Below are positions 1 to 5,397 of a DNA stretch of 12,914 nucleotides, piece after piece (the stretch's first letter is position 1; each line of letters begins with the position of its first letter). A program made the translations under genes and the position numbers. The notes under the pieces are model-generated. The model saw only the letters and a list, made by a program, of their open reading frames with translations. It did not search any database and was not told where the DNA came from. The stretch is taken from contig JAYSWN010000061.1 in assembly GCA_043718025.1 (NCBI GenBank), positions 1 to 12,914 on the forward strand, in the 5' to 3' direction. This DNA comes from Pseudomonadota bacterium. Its GTDB lineage: Bacteria; Bdellovibrionota; FAC87; UBA2466.

Positions 1-932
1 TTTAGCTGCTCTCTGAAACCTAAAATTCGTTGCGGATGCCGACCAACAATGGACTCTTCTTTTCCGGGGGGACCTGCGGCCACGATGTGGCGTCCGGGGT
101 AATCCCGGCGCTGCTCCGAGATACCAAACTGTTTGGCTAGTTGGTCAAATTTATCCGGTGCCCCGGTCAAACGGGCATAGATATCGGGATCCATCGCGCG
201 AGAAATTAAAAGGTCGACGCGAAAGGGCTCATTACCCGTGCAGGCGTATGGATTTTCATTGGTTAAAAGCGCAATGGCTTCTGGTTTCAAAAAACGAAGT
301 AGATTAACGCCCACTTGGCCACCGCGCACCAGCGCGGGATTTACGGTGAATATGTCTGCCGACTGGCTGATCATATTAATGAGGTAGTTCAAAGCCGCCA
401 GTTTTACCTGTTCTTCTTTTCCTTGGGCGTACTCAACGGTCTTGATGTCGGGTTCAACTCCTTCTTTAGGCGTGACCGAGCTGGCCAGATCAATCGTAAA
501 TCCGCGCAAAGCACTGGCCCCGCCGTTGGCGATTAAAAACCGCTGAATGGCTTGCGACGCCGCCCCCGCAAACTTATTAAAATTAGTGAGGTAAAACTCT
601 TTAGCCTGTTTGATGGTGTTGGGGAGCGTCGCGCCAACCAGGCGACCAAAACCATCGATGAAGAGATTGCTAACTCTTGGGTTACCAAAGGCATCGCTCG
701 TAAACTCGACCAAGTTGTTGTTAACGTTTTTTATATTAGAAAAAGCGCCGGGAAGATCCTGGATCTGGTTCAAATTGATGAATGAGCCGTTATTGATCCC
801 GCGCTGACTACCCAAGCTGCCCACCTGGCGTCCAAAAACCAAACGCGAAGCGGCCGAAGCCGATTCTGGCAACGCAGCAAGAACTAACGCCAGAAGCATC
901 AGCCCTTTTAATTGTGTAGCTGTGTAACGCAT
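1..932 (-). CDS. Secreted hypothetical protein, 3'-truncated by the window edge (310 codons visible)
   Basis: Hand translation from ATG at 932 is stop-free to the window edge: MRYTATQLKGLMLLALVLAALPESASA|ASRLVFGRQ...RHPQRILGFREQL. It has a Sec-type signal peptide ending ASA. It is absent from the ORF track because the stop codon lies outside the window. Confidence 0.85.
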   Translation of the reverse strand, partial: MRYTATQLKGLMLLALVLAALPESASAASRLVFGRQVGSLGSQRGINNGSFINLNQIQDLPGAFSNIKNVNNNLVEFTSDAFGNPRVSNLFIDGFGRLVGATLPNTIKQAKEFYLTNFNKFAGAASQAIQRFLIANGGASALRGFTIDLASSVTPKEGVEPDIKTVEYAQGKEEQVKLAALNYLINMISQSADIFTVNPALVRGGQVGVNLLRFLKPEAIALLTNENPYACTGNEPFRVDLLISRAMDPDIYARLTGAPDKFDQLAKQFGISEQRRDYPGRHIVAAGPPGKEESIVGRHPQRILGFREQL

Positions 933-942
933 AAATTAATTC

Positions 943-1017
943 AAAAAACCAACTCGCCTTTCAGCGATTTGAGAGGGGGAGCCACGCGTACTTTTACGCG
1001 CGGCTAACGCTCTCAAA
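943..1017 (-). terminator. Double hairpin followed by a U-tract between the two secreted-protein genes (terminator/attenuator or mRNA stabiliser)
   Basis: Minus strand: long stem TTTGAGAG..AGCCGCGCGTA-AAAG-TACGCGTGGCT..CTCTCAAA (968-1017), then TCGCT-GAAA-GGCGA (GNRA loop, about 954-967), then GTTGGTTTTTT. Confidence 0.55.
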
Positions 1018-1022
1018 ACTAA

Positions 1023-1691
1023 TTAAAAACTACGCAAACTGCGAACCTGACTCGCTCCGCCGAAATTTCCAATTCCCTGTCCTAGAGGAGAACTCAAAAC
1101 CACCGCCGAGCTGGCCGGAAGGTTAGCTTGATTAAACTGCTGAAGCTCGAGAGCCGTTCCAGGCAACATCTGGATACTGCTACCGGCAAAAACGCTGCCG
1201 TTTAAGCTAACCAAGTTCTGGCGAATGGCACCGTTGGCATTTACAATCTGCCCATTCACAATCGCATTCTGATTCAACTCCACCACCTGACCCTGGCCAT
1301 TTAAGGCGATGTTGTTAAAGCCAGGAATGACCTGCAATTGACCAACATTTCCCAAAGCAATCTGATTAAAGGGTGATGCTGACGCGGGTCCAAAATCCTG
1401 AAGGTTATTCTGACCGTTGTTGCCGGCATTATTATTTACCGCCGGTGCGGCCAAATTATTTCGAACGACCCTTTGCGCTCTAGCGCGACCTTGTCCGCCG
1501 CCTCTCGCTACGCGTGCTCTACCACCTCTGCGAACCCTGCCTTGCGCCCGGACGGGGCCAGCACGCCTTACACCGCCGCGACCACGTCGCCCGCGCGCAA
1601 AAGCCTCTTCGTCTATTAGAGACAAAAGAAGTAGCAATACGAGACTAAAAACCCCTAACTTCAACCCTACGCGTGATTCGGAAACGGTCAT
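1023..1691 (-). CDS. Secreted low-complexity protein (222 aa): signal peptide, Arg/Gly-rich segment, Asn/Gln/Gly-rich C-terminal region
   Basis: GGAGG lies 7 nt upstream of ATG 1691, which is preferred over TTG 1727. Hydrophobic stretch LGVFSLVLLLLLSLI is followed by an AFA cleavage motif. Confidence 0.85.
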   Translation of the reverse strand: MTVSESRVGLKLGVFSLVLLLLLSLIDEEAFARGRRGRGGVRRAGPVRAQGRVRRGGRARVARGGGQGRARAQRVVRNNLAAPAVNNNAGNNGQNNLQDFGPASASPFNQIALGNVGQLQVIPGFNNIALNGQGQVVELNQNAIVNGQIVNANGAIRQNLVSLNGSVFAGSSIQMLPGTALELQQFNQANLPASSAVVLSSPLGQGIGNFGGASQVRSLRSF

Positions 1692-1796
1692 AAATATCCT
1701 CCACAACCTCAACGTTGCGTGCATCAACTTGGACTTCAGACGTTACTAAAACGTTCGAAGTATTCTGGGCGCCTTCTCATTGTTTCTTGTACTAAA

Positions 1797-1813
1797 TGCA
1801 TAACCTCGGCCAA
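1797..1813 (-). promoter_or_regulatory. Putative sigma54 (-24/-12) promoter for the 1691 and 932 genes
   Basis: Minus strand TTGGCCGAGGTTATGCA has exact GG-N10-GC spacing, as in the consensus YTGGCACGNNNNTTGCW. It lies about 105 nt upstream of the start codon. Confidence 0.55.
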
Positions 1814-1872
1814 CGCGCTTCGGTGCGAAATCGATTGCTAGAAAACTCGAGGGGTTAACTCAATAAAAGGGG

Positions 1873-1893
1873 CGTATTCACATCCAGAATACG
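1873..1893. promoter_or_regulatory. Inverted repeat CGTATTC-N7-GAATACG, candidate enhancer-binding-protein site
   Basis: Perfect 7-bp arms, 60-80 bp upstream of the sigma54-type -24 element. The half-site recurs at 1760-1767, 1982-1990 and 2731-2738. Confidence 0.45.
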
Positions 1894-2130
1894 GAGGGGG
1901 TGACACAAAGGGTATACAGACAACTTTTTATACAGTGATGATGAACTGTACGCGCCGCATACGATTTAAATAGAAGGGCAGCAGAATACGCCTAGTCACG
2001 GCCTGCTAAGAGGAGCTGGTAAAGAGTTGAAATAACAAGGAAGAGGCGACCAGGAATTTATAGAACCCCTCGGGAACCGCCCCCTCCGCAGAAATGCAAT
2101 TGGGCTAAGACGCTTTCACGCCGTCGAAAA

Positions 2131-2469
2131 TCAGGGAAAACCAGCCGGCTTCTGGCCAGCGGCATCCGCGGCTTTGAGCTCAGCCAAGGTTTTGTGCCCA
2201 GCCATGGGATCTTTCTTTTGATTGATCACCGGGGTGTCTTTGCAGCCATCTGTATTAAGCTGAATGTAGGCTTGGTATTGGGAAGGCAGATTTTCTTCAG
2301 AATAAATTGCCTCAACCGGACAGGCGGGAACGCAGGCGTCGCAGTTCACGCAGGTGTCGGGGTTGATATAAAGGATGCGGTCGGCTTCATGAAAGGCATC
2401 AACCGGACAAACCGTTACGCAGTCGGTGTACTTACAATCTACGCAGTGTTGGGTGACGATGTAACTCAT
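2131..2469 (-). CDS. fdxA: Ferredoxin, Azotobacter FdI/FdxA-type dicluster ([3Fe-4S][4Fe-4S]), 112 aa
   Basis: MSYIVTQHCVDCKYTDCVTVCPVD...INPDTCVNCDACVPACPVEAIYSEE...IQLN...KKDP contains CxxCxxxxCxxxCP and CxxCxxCxxxCP motifs and the typical C-terminal extension. An AAGGAG RBS precedes ATG 2469. Confidence 0.95.
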   Translation of the reverse strand: MSYIVTQHCVDCKYTDCVTVCPVDAFHEADRILYINPDTCVNCDACVPACPVEAIYSEENLPSQYQAYIQLNTDGCKDTPVINQKKDPMAGHKTLAELKAADAAGQKPAGFP

Positions 2470-2832
2470 CTTAAAGGTGCTCCTTGAATTGCGGAAAACT
2501 TTAGCACGCACTTTTCAAACCGGCGAGCGCATTTTTACCCTATCCCAGGAGCCCAAATGTCAGGCCAATCACGCCTCTGCTGCACCCCCAGCCCGATCTC
2601 CATTTCGATGCCTACCTTGGGGGCCCCACAAGGCGGGGCGATGATATTAAGACCATAATGACCCGGAAATGGTGCCGTAGATTGTAGACTCGGTGACGAC
2701 AATGGGCCCTGCCCCTAAGTGACTGAATCTGTATTCTGATCTCTCGCAAAACAGAGGTAAGTCTTTCTCCACCCAATAAAAGTTGCGCATTCTCTTACCC
2801 TCGGCAACGTCGCCACCACGCCCAGAATTCAC

Positions 2833-2849
2833 CTGGTATCCCCCTTGCA
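2833..2849 (+). promoter_or_regulatory. Putative sigma54 (-24/-12) promoter for the lipoprotein operon
   Basis: CTGGTATCCCCCTTGCA has GG-N10-GC spacing and a perfect TTGCA -12 element, about 115 nt upstream of ATG 2963. Confidence 0.65.
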
Positions 2850-2962
2850 CAAGTCCCCAGCGGTGGATCACTTTTCGTTAAGTGCGTCCCTTATGAGTTG
2901 TACGTCTTGTTGCGGTTATTGCTCGGGTGACGGTGGTCGCCTTGAGCTTGCAGAGGTTGAAA

Positions 2963-3736
2963 ATGCGCCACGGCTTTTTAAAACTGATTTTGGTTCTGTT
3001 GTCGTTAACGTTAATTGGTTGCGGAGCATCGTCCGAAACCAAAATCGCGGCGCCCACGGATCCGAATGCACCAAAAAAGCAGACGGAACCAACCGATCCT
3101 GGTTCGCCGGTTAAAGACGGCGTGCCCGACCTTACCGGTGCGGCAAACGTGCTTTTGACCAACATCGTTAAAGATGCCGCTTTTAATGAAACCTACCCTG
3201 ACCTCGAAGAGCTATTCGGTTTGGTCTACGGAAACTTGGTAGGAAATCCTAAACTTTTACTTAAATTGTCGGCCGCCACTTCGGCCGGGGTCACTCGCCT
3301 AACCGGAAATCTTCTCTTTGGCTTTGAAGACCAAAAGTATTGGCACGACACGAAACAGAATCACTTTGATAAAACGGGAGTGATTAACAGCTCGTCGTTC
3401 GACATCATTTTTCAAGACGACAACGTCGTCACCCGAGTCATGGCTGACCGTTCGGGCAATGCACTCGCCAACGGAAAACTTTTGTACCGCATTCGCACGA
3501 GCAGCGATGCCTTGGTTACCTATACGTATCCAGGAACTTGGAACACCACGACCCAAGGGGCTCGTCCAACGTATCAAGCCGCCGCTTGCACTCCCTTTGT
3601 GTGGAACTGCGGTAGCAGCGCCTGCGCTTCGCAAAACGATTTAGTCGCCCCATGCCAGTCGTACATCACGAGTGGAAACGGCAGCACTAAGGTAATGGGC
3701 ACTTTCGATTCAACGGTTTCAAATTGGGTGAAATAA
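2963..3736 (+). CDS. Hypothetical lipoprotein (257 aa) with Pro-rich linker and four-Cys C-terminal cluster
   Basis: GAGG lies 6 nt before ATG 2963. Signal peptide II MRHGFLKLILVLLSLTLIG|C (lipobox LIGC). Confidence 0.85.
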   Translation: MRHGFLKLILVLLSLTLIGCGASSETKIAAPTDPNAPKKQTEPTDPGSPVKDGVPDLTGAANVLLTNIVKDAAFNETYPDLEELFGLVYGNLVGNPKLLLKLSAATSAGVTRLTGNLLFGFEDQKYWHDTKQNHFDKTGVINSSSFDIIFQDDNVVTRVMADRSGNALANGKLLYRIRTSSDALVTYTYPGTWNTTTQGARPTYQAAACTPFVWNCGSSACASQNDLVAPCQSYITSGNGSTKVMGTFDSTVSNWVK

Positions 3737-3755
3737 ATTTTTTAGGGGGATGGCA

Positions 3756-4421
3756 ATGAAAGTAAATATGAACAGAAAATTAACGACAGTGGGCTTAGTA
3801 GCATTAGCCTTAACATTCTTAGTCGGATGCGGTGGCAATAAAACGGTTGCTCCCCCTCCCCCGATACCACCATCTAATCCTCAGTTTGGTGGCGGATCGG
3901 CCGGTTGTGGTGGCGGTGGCGCCCAAACGCTCAACAGTTACTTCACGAGCCTGATCAATGTGACGCAAGCTCAACAAACGATTCCTTCATCGTTGACCTT
4001 AACGTTTAACCCGAACGGCGGCACCCAAGTCGTTGGACCCCAGCCTGGTCAAAACGTGCAAGTGTCCGGTTGTTTTAACTGGGCCGATCTTCCGCTGTAT
4101 TTCACCCAACAAGGTGGAAACTTCGGGCAGACCCCCACTAATATCCAAACTGCGATTCAGATGCAGTCACAGGGTGTAGTGACCGTGCAGTCGAATCAGC
4201 AATCGGCTTTCGTCAGCAACATGGTTTTGTTTGGCCAAACGTCGCTCCCCTCGTGGGGCGCCGCTTCCACTCCGACCCAGATCACCATGTTCGTTCAGCA
4301 AGCGTACTTAGGGTTCGGCGGAAGACTGTATGTCACTCAGCCAGCTCAGGTCTACGTCAACGGACAACCCATGATGCCTACCGGCCAACATGCGCCGGCA
4401 TACGTCACTCCACAGCAATAA
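3756..4421 (+). CDS. Hypothetical Gln/Gly/Pro/Thr-rich lipoprotein (about 221 aa)
   Basis: The AGGGGG RBS (3744-3749) fits ATG 3756 best; 3750 and 3768 are alternatives. Lipobox LVGC (Cys codon at 3828), followed by a poly-Pro/Gly linker. Confidence 0.85.
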   Translation: MKVNMNRKLTTVGLVALALTFLVGCGGNKTVAPPPPIPPSNPQFGGGSAGCGGGGAQTLNSYFTSLINVTQAQQTIPSSLTLTFNPNGGTQVVGPQPGQNVQVSGCFNWADLPLYFTQQGGNFGQTPTNIQTAIQMQSQGVVTVQSNQQSAFVSNMVLFGQTSLPSWGAASTPTQITMFVQQAYLGFGGRLYVTQPAQVYVNGQPMMPTGQHAPAYVTPQQ

Positions 4422-4433
4422 GGATTCTTAGCC

Positions 4434-4685
4434 ATGACTTCCAACGAAGTTGAAAAGCCAAGGGTCATTCACGTGGATTTCAAGGCAGAGAAGAGGAGAA
4501 AAGCTCCTACCTCTGTGCCAAAATCTAATCCTGAATCGGCTCAGTTAATCGACGCCTCGATTCATCCGATCCGGGCATGGGAACAGTTTAATTTTCGCGA
4601 CCGCATGCTCGATATTTCGGGTTGGGGCATTCGAATCCTAGTTTTCGTCACCTTGGTGGGCCTTGGCTACTTAGTATTGGGGTAA
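4434..4685 (+). CDS. Small hypothetical membrane protein (83 aa), single C-terminal TM helix
   Basis: An AAGGA RBS overlaps the previous stop codon. C-terminal hydrophobic stretch WGIRILVFVTLVGLGYLVLG. Confidence 0.7.
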   Translation: MTSNEVEKPRVIHVDFKAEKRRKAPTSVPKSNPESAQLIDASIHPIRAWEQFNFRDRMLDISGWGIRILVFVTLVGLGYLVLG

Positions 4686-4691
4686 GCAACG

Positions 4692-4763
4692 ATGGATAGA
4701 CAAGTCTCACGCCTCATCTTGGGCGCCATTCTTCTGGGAATGATTCTGCTCATTACCCAATAA
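4692..4763 (+). CDS. Candidate 23-aa hydrophobic micropeptide MDRQVSRLILGAILLGMILLITQ
   Basis: ATG lies 6 nt after the previous stop, with GGGG 9 nt upstream. One clean TM-like stretch, and the stop codon falls just before the terminator. Confidence 0.5.
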   Translation: MDRQVSRLILGAILLGMILLITQ

Positions 4764-4784
4764 CCCAAAAAACCGAACAGAAAT

Positions 4785-4828
4785 AAAAAAGGCCCTTTCA
4801 GCCGGTAGCTGAAGGGCCTTTTCCTTTT
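4785..4828. terminator. Bidirectional intrinsic terminator between convergent operons
   Basis: AAAAAA-GGCCCTTTCAGC-CGGTA-GCTGAAGGGCC-TTTTCCTTTT: GC-rich stem with one bulge, and A- and T-tracts on either side. Confidence 0.9.
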
Positions 4829-4845
4829 AAACTGACGGCCTAAAC

Positions 4846-5385
4846 CTACTTCTTTTTAGTCGAGAACGACTTGCCCTTGTATTTTGCATTAAACTTTTCA
4901 ATCACGCTGTCGGTAAGGTCTGAGCCCGCTTCGGCGTAGAGCACCGCGCCTTCATTTTTCTCAACGATAAGCTGGTAAGATTTTTCTTTGCCGATTCCTT
5001 CGATGATGGAGCGAAGCTCATCGATCAAAGGTTTAGTGAGCTCACGTTCCCGCTTCTGCAAGTCAGCCTGAGACTCCGAGGCACTCTTCTGAAATTCCAT
5101 AAATTTTTTCTGCAGCTCTTGCTGTTTAGCCGCTTTGGCCGAGTCGTTCAAGATGGCGGATTTTTTTTCGAACTGCTCGGCCTCTTTCTGCAATCCCGCC
5201 TGCGCCTTTTCAAGCTCAGTGCGTTTAGCCGCCACATCTTTTTCAAGCTGCGCTTTGGCGGTTTTCCCCGCATCAACCTGCTGCAGTGCTTTCTGAAGAT
5301 CAACGTAAGCCACTTTTAGGGTTGCAGTCTCGGCTGCGGTAGCCAAACGGCTTAACAAAACTACGGCGAGTAAAAACGATTTCAT
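4846..5385 (-). CDS. skp: OmpH/Skp periplasmic outer-membrane-protein chaperone (179 aa)
   Basis: Signal peptide; KVAYVDLQKAL...GK.AK.QLE N-terminal motif; long coiled coil; YQLIVEK...VLYA...DLTDSVI C-terminal motif. Lies directly downstream of bamA, with a GAGG RBS before ATG 5385. Confidence 0.95.
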   Translation of the reverse strand: MKSFLLAVVLLSRLATAAETATLKVAYVDLQKALQQVDAGKTAKAQLEKDVAAKRTELEKAQAGLQKEAEQFEKKSAILNDSAKAAKQQELQKKFMEFQKSASESQADLQKRERELTKPLIDELRSIIEGIGKEKSYQLIVEKNEGAVLYAEAGSDLTDSVIEKFNAKYKGKSFSTKKK

Positions 5386-5397
5386 GCACACCTCAAA

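Noticed and set aside
315..807. Plus-strand ORFs of 73, 77 and 65 aa
   Set aside because: They are antisense shadows of the long minus-strand gene <1-932, with no RBS or recognisable motifs.
1417..1749. 110-aa Pro/Arg-rich plus-strand ORF
   Set aside because: It is the antisense reading of the Gly/Arg-rich 1691 gene.
1692..2130. Possible ncRNA or riboswitch in the 440-bp intergenic region
   Set aside because: I recognised no tRNA, 6S, tmRNA, RNase P or riboswitch consensus, and the motifs fit DNA-binding sites better. An Rfam/Infernal scan would settle it.
2470..2511. N-terminal extension of the ferredoxin in the ORF track
   Set aside because: Family homology begins at MSYIVT, and the AAGGAG RBS lies within the extension.
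2615..2633. Palindrome CCTTG-GGGGCCCC-A-CAAGG
   Set aside because: Single copy, no U-tract and no loop for a hairpin, so no function can be supported.
2647..3165. ORFs 2647-2871(-), 2845-3114(+) and 2878-3165(-)
   Set aside because: They overlap the promoter or lipoprotein gene, lack an RBS and have no protein-like features. The Cys cluster in 2845-3114 looks incidental.
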